This document shows positions 1 to 9,069 of a DNA stretch of 27,359 nucleotides, piece by piece. This DNA is from Candidatus Hadarchaeota archaeon (GTDB taxonomy: Archaea > CAYQAE01 > CAYVLA01), in contig CAZUNO010000029.1 in assembly GCA_964621445.1 (NCBI GenBank), forward strand, positions 5,186 to 32,544, written 5' to 3'. Under the pieces are notes generated by a model, which worked only from the letters and a program-made list of their open reading frames with translations, had not been told where the DNA came from and searched no databases. Numbering within the stretch: the stretch's first letter is position 1; every line of letters begins with the position of its first letter. Both the position numbers and the translations under genes were made by a program.

Positions 1-59
1 ATCTCCTCTTCCATGACCCGCCATCTCCCGTTTTCCTATTACCTTTAATCATTATTCCT

Positions 60-70
60 AATTTATAACC
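60..70. promoter_or_regulatory. AT-rich, probably divergent promoter region with TATA-like box (TTTATAA)
   Basis: TTTATAA at 62-68 in an AT-rich intergenic stretch upstream of the first operon; a possible divergent ATG lies at 14 on the minus strand. Confidence 0.35.
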
Positions 71-217
71 CATTTTCATAGGTATGGGGACAAGATTTTA
101 TTTTCCTTTCCACGAGGGTAACCCTGGCTGGAGGTCCGTAGTGATGAGAAAAGTTTTTTCAGCTACAAAGACCGACCGAGATGGATTGTACTCCAGCTGA
201 CGGAAGGTTCTCTCCAC

Positions 218-802
218 ATGGAAGACTATGGCCCCATGGACGATGGTGAAGAAGAGGAATTCGAAATCGACGAGCTCGAGCTGGAAAACCTGGAGGAAAT
301 GGAACTTAAGGGAGAGGGAGGAGGCAAGTCCGAGCCCATCAGCCAGACGACCGAAGCTAGCTCCCTGGAGGAACCCCCCGACATACAGGATCACGCCGCC
401 AAGGTATATGCAATGGAACTGGTCAGCGGCGAGTTCGTTCGGGGAGCGAAATCCGATAGGAGTTTCCTCCGAATGTGGAACGGTCAGGACATAGAAAAGG
501 CATGGATAATGGGAACCATAGTCCAGGCCTTTCTCTCTAATGACGGCAATTACTGTGCCCTCACCATAGACGACGGCACGGAGACCGTCAGGGTCAAGGG
601 CTGGAGGGAGGACGCCGAGTACATGTCCTCCTTTTCACCGGGACAGATCGTGGACCTCATGGGGCAGGTCCGTGAATACAATGGAGAGGTATATCTCGCA
701 CCCAGGTCCATAAACCACATATCGGACCCCAATTGGGAACCATTAAGGGAGCTGGAGATATACAATTTACGCGGGGTAAAGAAAAATGACTTACAACTAT
801 GA
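218..802 (+). CDS. RPA32/RPA2-like OB-fold single-stranded DNA-binding protein with acidic N-terminal extension
   Basis: OB-fold pattern IMGTIV...LTIDDGTETVRVKGW...GQIVDLMGQVREYNGEVYLAP...DPNWE typical of archaeal RPA32-like proteins. Confidence 0.8.
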   Translation: MEDYGPMDDGEEEEFEIDELELENLEEMELKGEGGGKSEPISQTTEASSLEEPPDIQDHAAKVYAMELVSGEFVRGAKSDRSFLRMWNGQDIEKAWIMGTIVQAFLSNDGNYCALTIDDGTETVRVKGWREDAEYMSSFSPGQIVDLMGQVREYNGEVYLAPRSINHISDPNWEPLRELEIYNLRGVKKNDLQL

Positions 803-1196
803 TGAACTCCTGAACAGGGCAAGATCACAGCTTCCCAAGGAGGTATTCGAGGAGAAGAGGTATGACATACCGGATCCGAGGATAATAACCGTGGGCAAAA
901 AGACCATAATCCGTAACTTCAGCGATATTGCCAACGCCCTCAACAGGGACCCGGACCACGTTATGAAATACCTAACCCGGGAGCTGGCAACTGCCGCGGA
1001 TGTCAAGGGTGGAAGGGCCATCTTCAATGGCAAATTCCGGGATAGCAAGATCATGAACAGGATGGAAGCCTACGCCAAGGAGTACGTATTCTGCCACGAG
1101 TGTGGCAAGCCCGACACCCGCCTGGTCAAGGAGGGCCGGGTCAACCTGCTGAAGTGCGAGGCCTGTGGAGCCAGATCCAGCATACGAAGCATCTAG
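786..1196 (+). CDS. eif2b: translation initiation factor 2 subunit beta (aIF-2beta)
   Basis: YDELLNRA N-terminus, TIIRNF..IA..LNRDP.H, C-terminal Zn ribbon CHECGKPDT...CEACGA. Confidence 0.96.
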   Translation: MTYNYDELLNRARSQLPKEVFEEKRYDIPDPRIITVGKKTIIRNFSDIANALNRDPDHVMKYLTRELATAADVKGGRAIFNGKFRDSKIMNRMEAYAKEYVFCHECGKPDTRLVKEGRVNLLKCEACGARSSIRSI

Positions 1197-1205
1197 GTCG
1201 ATCCA

Positions 1206-1526
1206 GTGACGGAGAAAAAGCCAAGCAGAGTATTCATGAAGGTACACAAGACGCAGGGGGAGACCATGGTAGCCCTCTGCGATCAGGACCTCCTGGGCAA
1301 GAGCTTCAAGGAGGGGGAATTACGGATCAAGGTAACCAAACAGTTCTACGGCGGCAAGCTCCTGGACCCCGACGACTGCGACCCATATCTAAAGGAGGCC
1401 ACCATCGCCAACTTCGTGGGAAAGGAGTCGGTATCAAAGGGACTGGACCTGGGCCTCATAGAGGAGAAACGGGTCATGAGGATACGGGACATTCCCCATG
1501 CCCAGATGATCAAGGTGTTCCTATAG
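1206..1526 (+). CDS. DUF424 family protein
   Basis: VALCD.DLLGK.F.EG...V...FYGG, ATIANFVG, IPHAQ motifs; usual neighbour of aIF-2beta and NMD3; GTG start. Confidence 0.9.
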   Translation: MTEKKPSRVFMKVHKTQGETMVALCDQDLLGKSFKEGELRIKVTKQFYGGKLLDPDDCDPYLKEATIANFVGKESVSKGLDLGLIEEKRVMRIRDIPHAQMIKVFL

Positions 1527-1534
1527 GCGTTGCC

Positions 1535-2629
1535 ATGTCACCTCCAGAAGGTCGAAGGAGCGAAGTTCAGTGCCCCAGATGCGGTCGCCCAGCCCACCGT
1601 CTAATCAGGGGAAAGTGCCCGGAATGCCTCCTGGAAACCGAGGACCTGCTAAACATAAAGGATATCGAAATAGAGATCTGCAAGCGCTGCCTGAGATACA
1701 AGCACAGGAGCGAGTGGAGAAGGGAGGGGGTTAGGCTCCTGCCCGTGGCCTATGCTGCCGCCAGGGAGCTGCTCCCACCCAAGATCAAGGTAAGACGTCC
1801 CGGAAATCTCGCCGACCTAAGGCTTGAAAGGCCCAGAATATCTGGGAAGAAGCTAAAGATGGATGTAGTCGCCGCCATCACCGGTTTGGACGAGGACGAG
1901 CAGAGGACGGTAAGAGACAGGGTTTCAATCCCCCTTAATTTCTCCATCTGCAGGGTATGTGAACTGAAGGAATCGCCTTTCTACGCCTCGATCGTCCAGC
2001 TGAGGGGGGAATCAAGGCCCCTTGAGGAGGACGAGATCGAGGCCGTCAGCGAGGTGGTCATCAACAAATCAATTCCCAATAGATTCGACTCCCTGGACTA
2101 CCTCTCCCGGATAACCGACGTCAATGAGGGGAGGAACTTCTACTTTGGCTCACTATCCATGGGAAGAGAGGTAGCCAAGGAGATAGCCTCCCGGTGGGGT
2201 GGAAGGCCCAAGGAGACCAGAAAACTGGTTGGAGTAGACAAGGGAAGCGGGAAGAAGCAGTACAGGTCCACTATTCTGGTCCGGCTTCCTAAACTAAGGG
2301 CCGGGGACATCGCAAAACATAACGGCCGATTTTACAGGGTCATAGGTCACTCCGGCTCCAAGACCTACCTGTCCGGGAATGAGGAAAACATAGTCGTGGA
2401 CAGGCGAAGGCATCCCGAGCTGGAACTGGTGACCACCCACGAGGAGGTGGGCCAGGCCCTAGTGCTGGAGGTCAGGCCGGATGGTATCCAGATCCTGGAC
2501 CCCAGGTCCAACAGGCCCTTTGATTTCAACTCCAAACCCCCGGGAGCCCGGGTAGGAGAGAAGGTAGAGGTGTTCTGGATCCATGATACGCCACAGCTAG
2601 CGCCCGAGAGGAGAGAGGTGGATGAATGA
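1535..2629 (+). CDS. nmd3: NMD3 family ribosome biogenesis protein
   Basis: CPRCG, CPEC, CKRC and CRVC zinc knuckles followed by FYASIVQLR; KLVGVDKGSGKKQYRSTILVR; ATG at 1535 just after the DUF424 stop. Confidence 0.9.
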   Translation: MSPPEGRRSEVQCPRCGRPAHRLIRGKCPECLLETEDLLNIKDIEIEICKRCLRYKHRSEWRREGVRLLPVAYAAARELLPPKIKVRRPGNLADLRLERPRISGKKLKMDVVAAITGLDEDEQRTVRDRVSIPLNFSICRVCELKESPFYASIVQLRGESRPLEEDEIEAVSEVVINKSIPNRFDSLDYLSRITDVNEGRNFYFGSLSMGREVAKEIASRWGGRPKETRKLVGVDKGSGKKQYRSTILVRLPKLRAGDIAKHNGRFYRVIGHSGSKTYLSGNEENIVVDRRRHPELELVTTHEEVGQALVLEVRPDGIQILDPRSNRPFDFNSKPPGARVGEKVEVFWIHDTPQLAPERREVDE

Positions 2630-3966
2630 GAAATGAGATGACAATAGCGGTAACCGCGGATTCCCACCTGGGCAGGAAATATCCAACCATGGAGTTCAGG
2701 GAGGATGATATCAACCGCGGATTCGAGATGTTCATGGACTCCATCATGGCTGACCGACCAGATATACTCATACATGGCGGAGATCTATTCGACACCGTCT
2801 TTCCCCCGGGCTGGTTCTTCGATAAGGGACTGGCCGAGATGCAAGCTATGCCCCTGCCCGAGGGCTTGACGGTTAGGGAGGAGGTAATGGGGGAGGAGGA
2901 CGCCTCAAATATCTTCATCATACACGGCAACCACGATGGCACGGCGGAGGCCAGAAGCGATAGCGGCTACTTCAGCATTCTCAAGTATTTCGACTCCATG
3001 TCCCTGGCAAATTACATGGATGTCAGGAAGAGGGACGAGCATATCTATTTCCCCAGATTCATCTGCCAGGGCGAGGAGGTATCCGTGGCCATCCAGGGTT
3101 TGGGCCACCGCTCGGTATCCCAGTTTGAAAAGCTTTTTGATAACCTCGAGCCGGCAAGCGGCGTTGACCACAACATCCTGGTGATCCATCAGGGGGTATC
3201 AGAGCTTACCACCACCTACACCAGGGGCGAGATACTGGACCTGGAAATGTTCCTGAATAGGGGTTTTGACCTGGTCATCGCCGGCCATACCCACAGACCA
3301 TTCGATGAATGGGTCCAGGGAACTCGCTTTCTGGTCCCCGGCAGCTCGGAGAGGATGGATTCCGGGGAGTTTGGGGAGAGAAGGGGTTACTACCTGGTCA
3401 GGCTAACCCCCGATAACCTGGAGTGCGCGTTCAGATTGGTGGATCTGGACAGGGTCAGGAAGATACGCAAGTACGAGCTCGATGTCGACGGCCTCTCGGG
3501 TAGCGAGATAACGGAAAGGTGCGTGGAGGAGGTAGCCGAACCGGATATAACCGATGCCCTGCTTTACTTCCTGCTCAGGGGGCAGACCCCCCACGGACAC
3601 AGGGATGTTGATCGCGAGGCGATCGAGGAAAGGTTCATGGAGATGGATGCCCGGGCGGTTAAGCTGAACACCCAGAAGGTATTGACCAAGGAAATCGGGG
3701 AGCTGGTTTCCGATGCCGAGTGGAGAAACGTAAGCATAACTCCCGAGACCTTCGGTAGGCTGTTCTCGGAACGAAACCTCAGGGATCTGAGCGGGAACCC
3801 CATAAGGGCCGAAAAGATGGTCTCCAGGCTCTCGGAGGTTGCCTACAAGATCTTCACTGCCTATGAGAGGGACCAGAAGGATGAGATCCCCACTATACTG
3901 GACAAGAACCTGATGAATATAGCGGAGTCCATTCACCCCACAACCGAAGAGGAGGAGGCAGCCTGA
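2626..3966 (+). CDS. mre11: Mre11/SbcD DNA double-strand break repair nuclease
   Basis: Phosphoesterase motifs DSHLG, GDLFD, GNHD, HQG, GHTH, PGS; directly upstream of Rad50; ATGA overlap with nmd3. Confidence 0.9.
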   Translation: MRNEMTIAVTADSHLGRKYPTMEFREDDINRGFEMFMDSIMADRPDILIHGGDLFDTVFPPGWFFDKGLAEMQAMPLPEGLTVREEVMGEEDASNIFIIHGNHDGTAEARSDSGYFSILKYFDSMSLANYMDVRKRDEHIYFPRFICQGEEVSVAIQGLGHRSVSQFEKLFDNLEPASGVDHNILVIHQGVSELTTTYTRGEILDLEMFLNRGFDLVIAGHTHRPFDEWVQGTRFLVPGSSERMDSGEFGERRGYYLVRLTPDNLECAFRLVDLDRVRKIRKYELDVDGLSGSEITERCVEEVAEPDITDALLYFLLRGQTPHGHRDVDREAIEERFMEMDARAVKLNTQKVLTKEIGELVSDAEWRNVSITPETFGRLFSERNLRDLSGNPIRAEKMVSRLSEVAYKIFTAYERDQKDEIPTILDKNLMNIAESIHPTTEEEEAA

Positions 3967-6629
3967 GGATCGAACAGGTCAAGTTGAGAAACTTCAGATC
4001 GTACGGAGATGACACCACAACCCTCGAATTCAAGCCGGGCCTGAACGTCCTACTGGGAAGGATCGGCAGCGGGAAGTCATCCGTCCTGGAGGCCATATTG
4101 ATCTGTCTATTCGGCTTCAACAGATCGGGAACCAGGAAGAAGGACGTGCTGAGAACAAACGCCACCTCCAATGACTTCCAGATAGAGCTGACCTTCTTTT
4201 TCGATGACACCCATTTCAAACTGGCCCGGGGGAACGAGATAAGGCTGGAGAGCTCCCCGGACGGTAATTCATGGACACTGGTTTCCGAAAATTCCCACGA
4301 GATTAATGACTTCATCCAATCGACCCTGGAGGTTTCGGCCAAGAAATTCCGTGATCTGTTCTACTCGGCCCAGGGTGAGCTGACTAAGGTGATCACCGGA
4401 AGTCCCGAGGAACGCCAGAAGAGCATAGACAAGCTACTGGGAGCGGAGAGCCTCAGGGAGACATACGAATACCTCAGCGAGTACGTGAAATACTTTGACC
4501 AGGATATAGGGAGCGCCAAGGGGAGGCTCTCTGAGCTTAAGTCCTACCTTAAACGGGTTGACCTCGACGAGCTCAGAGACCAGAAGAGGGAGGAACAGAG
4601 AGGGGTCATCGAGATATCGGATAGCATCGAGTCGCTGGGAAACGAGATATCATCCCTATCCTCCCAGCTCAAGGAGGCGAGGTCCGATCTCAAACCTCTG
4701 GAGGAGGCCAACAAGCAAATACAGGAGCTGAAAGCCCTTATCTCCGAGAAGCGATCGGATCTCAAGGCCAGGAGAGGTCGCGTAGAGGAGCTGGAGGAGA
4801 GCCTGGAGGAGATACGGGAAAACGAGTCCCAGACCAGATCCAAGATGGAGGAACTCCGCCCGAAAATCGATGAACTGCAACAACGAAAAGAACGGGTTGA
4901 ATCGGAATTCGAGGATCTGAACCAGAAAAAATCCAGGGCTTCAAGCCTCCTAGAGAAGAAGAATAATCTTGAGAAAAACATCTCTACCCTCAAACGCAAC
5001 TTGGAGCAGGAGGCCTCCCAGGAGGAGACCCTAGCTCAGAGAAAAAAAAAGGTCCAGGCCAGGATCGCCAACCTCCAGGAGAAAAAGGAGGATAAACTCC
5101 AGAGAATCGGGTCCCTGGAGGAGGCTATTGAGGATCTCAGGGAGAAGGTCTCGGAGAAGGAGAGGGATATCCGCGAATCGGAGATAAGATCCCGAACTCT
5201 CAAGCAGAAGATTCTGGAAATAGGGGATAGGATAGATGAACTTGATTCCCTCTCCAAGGGGGCCAAATGCCCATTCTGTGAGCAGGTCATCACCGCGGAA
5301 CACAGAAGCAAGGTATCATCCCGGCTCAGGGACCAGCTTAAGTCCCTAACCAGGGAGAGGAAATCCCAGGAGAGCTCGGCCAAACAGCTGAGAGAGGAAC
5401 TAGAATCATTGGAGGAAACCGCCAAGTCCTCCTCCCGGGAACTTGACCAGGCCAAGGAGGACCTGACCACTCTCAGGACCGGCCTGGCAAGGCTGGACCA
5501 GGAAAAAAGCAACCTATCCCAGAACCTGGAGGACTGCAGAGGGAGAAAGGAGTCCCACGAATCGGATCTGGAGGAGCAGGAAAAGAGTCTCCGAAACACC
5601 GAAAACCGGCTGCAGGAGATCAGGTCGGGGCTTGATATTGTCAGCGACGACTGGGTCCAGGTCCTGAACTCTAGAACCGAGGAGCTGTCCCAGCAGGTCA
5701 ACGAACTGAGAAACGACCTTTCCTCTTGCAGAGCACAGGTTGAATCATGCCAGAGCATGCTAGAACGTCAGAAGAGGCAGAAAAGGAGACAGCTAGAGCT
5801 CCGGGAAGAAAATGGCGAGGCCATATCCAAGCTGGAATCAGAGATAGCTTCGGCCGACGGTCAGCTAAAGTCGGCCTATGAGCCCCTAATTGGTTCCACC
5901 CAGCAGCCAGTGGTCGAGCTCACCCGCAGGATTGACCATCTCAAGGAAAGGATCGATACCCTAAACGACGGTATCCGGGAAAAGGAGGTCAAAAAGGCCC
6001 GACTATCATCCCAATTCAAGCAGAAGGAGGACAAGATATCGCAGCTCGCCCAGGATATAGAGGAGTACCTGCGGGACAAGAAGAAGGCACAGGAGGCAAA
6101 GAGGGAGTATACCATCTACAGCGAGGCCAAGAACATACTCCAGCAGATCCGGGATAAGTACAAGGATGCCCGGGAGATGATAAGGACCGATCTCATAAAC
6201 GTGCTCAGGGAAACCCTGCGCCGGGAATTCAACCGCCTCTACACCTATGAGGATTTCCACGATGTCGAGGTATCGGATGACTACCAGATATCCCTGCTGA
6301 GCCCCTCCCTTGGAGAGATCAGCGCCCACAACCTGTCCGCCGGCCAGAAGGCCATAGTGGCCATCGCCTTCAGACTGGCCGTGGCCAAGGCCATGGAGAT
6401 GAGGATCGGGTGCTGGATAATAGACGAGCCAACCCAGAATATCGGGGAGTCGGAGGTGGAAAAGCTAGGCGACGTGCTGGCCGACACCGAGGAAATACCT
6501 CAGATAATCGTTGCCAGCCATCATCCCTCACTGGGCAGGCACGGAAACGTCATAAATCTGGAGCTAGAGGGTGGGAAGACAATCCGAGACGAGGTAGATA
6601 TCGGTTACCAGCCGACCGAGGCTACCTGA
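3963..6629 (+). CDS. rad50: Rad50/SbcC SMC-like ATPase
   Basis: Walker A GRIGSGKSS, Q-loop SAQGE, long coiled coil with central CPFC zinc hook, signature LSAGQ, Walker B IIDEPT, SHH. Start placed at CTG 3963; the ORF track uses TTG 3984. Confidence 0.92.
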   Translation: MRIEQVKLRNFRSYGDDTTTLEFKPGLNVLLGRIGSGKSSVLEAILICLFGFNRSGTRKKDVLRTNATSNDFQIELTFFFDDTHFKLARGNEIRLESSPDGNSWTLVSENSHEINDFIQSTLEVSAKKFRDLFYSAQGELTKVITGSPEERQKSIDKLLGAESLRETYEYLSEYVKYFDQDIGSAKGRLSELKSYLKRVDLDELRDQKREEQRGVIEISDSIESLGNEISSLSSQLKEARSDLKPLEEANKQIQELKALISEKRSDLKARRGRVEELEESLEEIRENESQTRSKMEELRPKIDELQQRKERVESEFEDLNQKKSRASSLLEKKNNLEKNISTLKRNLEQEASQEETLAQRKKKVQARIANLQEKKEDKLQRIGSLEEAIEDLREKVSEKERDIRESEIRSRTLKQKILEIGDRIDELDSLSKGAKCPFCEQVITAEHRSKVSSRLRDQLKSLTRERKSQESSAKQLREELESLEETAKSSSRELDQAKEDLTTLRTGLARLDQEKSNLSQNLEDCRGRKESHESDLEEQEKSLRNTENRLQEIRSGLDIVSDDWVQVLNSRTEELSQQVNELRNDLSSCRAQVESCQSMLERQKRQKRRQLELREENGEAISKLESEIASADGQLKSAYEPLIGSTQQPVVELTRRIDHLKERIDTLNDGIREKEVKKARLSSQFKQKEDKISQLAQDIEEYLRDKKKAQEAKREYTIYSEAKNILQQIRDKYKDAREMIRTDLINVLRETLRREFNRLYTYEDFHDVEVSDDYQISLLSPSLGEISAHNLSAGQKAIVAIAFRLAVAKAMEMRIGCWIIDEPTQNIGESEVEKLGDVLADTEEIPQIIVASHHPSLGRHGNVINLELEGGKTIRDEVDIGYQPTEAT

Positions 6630-7605
6630 CCTTCACCGGCTCGTTCTTCTCGGAGCTCCTGTACACGGCTTCTAGAATCTTTACCACCGTCCAGCCCTGC
6701 TCCCCGTTGGATATTGGTTCCTTGTCCTCAATCACACAGTCCACGAAGTGATCGATCTCTGCCTGGAAGCTGTCCGCGTCCCTTATCTCGGGTTTCAGGG
6801 TAGTTGGCTTGCCGTTGATATCCTTGTATATCTCCAGGGGATACCTTGAAGCTCCTCCCTCGTCCCCCATCAATATGCTCATTATCTCGCTCTTCCAACC
6901 CGAGTACCAACTGGCCCCCACGTGTACTATCTGCCCCTCCTCAAAGGTTATGGCGGCCATGGCCATGTCCTCCACCGCGTTCTCCTTATCGGAGCCGACG
7001 GCCCGGCCAAGACAGTACTTTGGCTCCGGGCAACCCATCAGCCACCAGGTGAGGTCCAGGAGATGAACCCCGATATCCAGCATGGGGCCTCCTCCCGAGA
7101 GGTTCTTCTTTGCAAACCACCTTCCGGGGTCGCCGCTGTGCCTGAGCCATGAACAGCGGGCGAAGTTAATGTCACCCAGGAAGTCGTCCTCGACCAGCTC
7201 TTTAAGATAGACGCTGGCGGGGTGGAATCTCCTGCAAACCGCGACCATCAATTTCGTTCCCCCTTTTTTTGCGGCTTTCACCATTCTCCTCCCCTCGTCC
7301 GAGGTGGTGCACATGGGTTTTTCGGTGATCGCACTTATTCCCCTCTCGGCCGCGGATATTGCTATGGGGGCATGGAAGATGTTCGGCGTGCAGATGCTGA
7401 TGGCATCCAGCTTCTCCTCCTCGAACATCTCCTCCGAGTCGTAATAACCTTTCAGTTTGTGAAGGGATGAGATCTTGTCGGTGGTCTTCTCCGCAGGGTC
7501 GGCAACGGCCACCACCTTGGCGTGTGAATTCTCCAAATATCTCTTCAGGTGTTCCTTTCCGGCCCATCCAAGGCCCACTACTCCCACCTTTATCTTCTTT
7601 TTCAT
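6622..7605 (-). CDS. Gfo/Idh/MocA family NAD(P)-dependent oxidoreductase
   Basis: GVVGLGWAG Rossmann motif, CTPN..H, EKP, GGGPMLDIGVHLLD. Confidence 0.93.
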   Translation of the reverse strand: MKKKIKVGVVGLGWAGKEHLKRYLENSHAKVVAVADPAEKTTDKISSLHKLKGYYDSEEMFEEEKLDAISICTPNIFHAPIAISAAERGISAITEKPMCTTSDEGRRMVKAAKKGGTKLMVAVCRRFHPASVYLKELVEDDFLGDINFARCSWLRHSGDPGRWFAKKNLSGGGPMLDIGVHLLDLTWWLMGCPEPKYCLGRAVGSDKENAVEDMAMAAITFEEGQIVHVGASWYSGWKSEIMSILMGDEGGASRYPLEIYKDINGKPTTLKPEIRDADSFQAEIDHFVDCVIEDKEPISNGEQGWTVVKILEAVYRSSEKNEPVKVR

Positions 7606-7615
7606 GATATATCCC

Positions 7616-8152
7616 TCAATTATCGGGCTCGTCCGTTCCTGAAAGCTGCCTTATTCTGTCGACACCGTCGATTTCCTCTATGTAATCGGCAACGCTCTCG
7701 GGTACATTCTCCTCCCAGTTCCCGGCCTCGATCATGCTCTGCCGGATGGTGGTTCCCCAGAACTTCTCTCTCTTAAACTCGTTATGTTCACGTACCTCGT
7801 AACCCGCCTGCTGGAAAAGGGTCTTCACCAATGGATTGCGCGTGTACACGACCTCGAATTTAGGGCAGTAGGTCTTGACCTGCGAAACGTAGATCGAGTG
7901 ATGATTTGGGGGCAGGGTATCGGGAACGGCCACGATGGTCACCCTGGACATGGGTATATCGGATTCCAGAAGGGCCCGTCTCAACATCTCGATTCTCTCC
8001 CCGGCCGTAAATGGATTTCTGACCGAGAATGACTTCAGGGCGCTTCCAACCACCAGTATCAACTCCTCGGTTTCCTTGAGCATGCTCTTGATGCTCTGGA
8101 TGTGACCCTTGTGAACCGGCTGGAATCTGCCCAGGAAAAGGGCCGTGGTCAA
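7616..8152 (-). CDS. nadM: nicotinamide-nucleotide adenylyltransferase
   Basis: GRFQPVHKGH, NPFTAGERIEM, GTTIR, WEENVP. Confidence 0.93.
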   Translation of the reverse strand: MTTALFLGRFQPVHKGHIQSIKSMLKETEELILVVGSALKSFSVRNPFTAGERIEMLRRALLESDIPMSRVTIVAVPDTLPPNHHSIYVSQVKTYCPKFEVVYTRNPLVKTLFQQAGYEVREHNEFKREKFWGTTIRQSMIEAGNWEENVPESVADYIEEIDGVDRIRQLSGTDEPDN

Positions 8153-8248
8153 TTCGGGGCCTCCAGAATCCTGAATTGGGGTCCATCTATCATTCCTTTA
8201 CATTTTTCGCTCTCTGTTGGCAACTCATGTACCCTCTTCAGCGTCTCC

Positions 8249-9052
8249 TTAAAAGGCGCCAGGCTCCACGGAAAAGTCTTTCCTCGTATGGGAGAGGAGT
8301 TCCTTGAAAATATCCTTCTGGTAACCCATCTCGCTGACCCCGGAACCTTCCTCCAGCTCCAGGCATCTGACCAGCACCACCGGAATCCCCCGTCCCGCCT
8401 CACCCATCACCAGGGTAGCCGCGCTTGCTATCATATCGGCCACCGATATCTCCGTGGTCTCCAGCTCCCTCCCCATCAGGTCCCTCTCCCCGGAAAGCGA
8501 CCTTACCGGGGCCAAACCGTGAACTCCCACCGCCACCCCGATCGCCCCCCTTCTGAAGGGTCTGCCCTGGGAATCGGATATTATGACCGGGACCTCCACC
8601 CCGGTTTGGGCGCGGAGGGATCCGGAGATTCTCTTAGCGGAGGAATGCGGGTCCAGGGGCAGCTTGGAAACCACGCCGGGGTCGTTGTTCGACCTATCAA
8701 CCCCGGCATTGGCACAGACAAATCCGTCCCGGGTCTCACACAACATGAAACCTGGGCAGGATGTTATCACCCGCTTCGATTCCTGGACTATGACCTCAAC
8801 CAGGCGTGGGTCCTTCCCGGTAATCCTGGCCAACTCCTCCGCCTCCCGCCCCGGAGATACCTCGTCAAGTCCGACCACCCTGCCCTCCGATTTGGAGACG
8901 ATGGTCTGGGCCACCACCACCAGGTCACCACCCTTCAGGGACAGGCCGGACTCCCTCAAGGACAGGGCAATTAGCTCGCCCAGATCGTCTCCTTCCGAGA
9001 CAAGTGGCATGTTCTCTATTCCCAATATCCTCAGCATCTCAACATGCTCCAT
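8249..9052 (-). CDS. cofE: coenzyme F420-0:L-glutamate ligase
   Basis: PLV..GDDLG, IVSKSEGR, CANAGVDRSN, LP.DP..SA, ISDSQGRPFRRG, DLMGREL, MGEA; start at 9052 or 9037 to avoid overlapping the USP gene. Confidence 0.92.
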   Translation of the reverse strand: MEHVEMLRILGIENMPLVSEGDDLGELIALSLRESGLSLKGGDLVVVAQTIVSKSEGRVVGLDEVSPGREAEELARITGKDPRLVEVIVQESKRVITSCPGFMLCETRDGFVCANAGVDRSNNDPGVVSKLPLDPHSSAKRISGSLRAQTGVEVPVIISDSQGRPFRRGAIGVAVGVHGLAPVRSLSGERDLMGRELETTEISVADMIASAATLVMGEAGRGIPVVLVRCLELEEGSGVSEMGYQKDIFKELLSHTRKDFSVEPGAF

Positions 9053-9069
9053 GGACCGGAGATGAATAT

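Noticed and set aside
1100-1534. N-terminal extension of NMD3 in the ORF track
   Set aside because: Overlaps aIF-2beta and DUF424 in other frames; NMD3 homology starts after ATG 1535
2626-6629. Anti-phage SMC system (Wadjet/Lamassu)
   Set aside because: Zinc hook plus adjacent Mre11 in a housekeeping operon, with no Jet or Lmu partners, fits ordinary Mre11-Rad50
8149-8403. Possible frameshifted continuation of cofE
   Set aside because: CofE already ends with its normal D(I/L)F(K/R) terminus; the alternative frame has no recognisable features
8102-8974. 290-aa + strand ORF and similar long antisense ORFs (5036-5758, 18588-19271, 26454-27068)
   Set aside because: Shadow ORFs opposite well-supported genes
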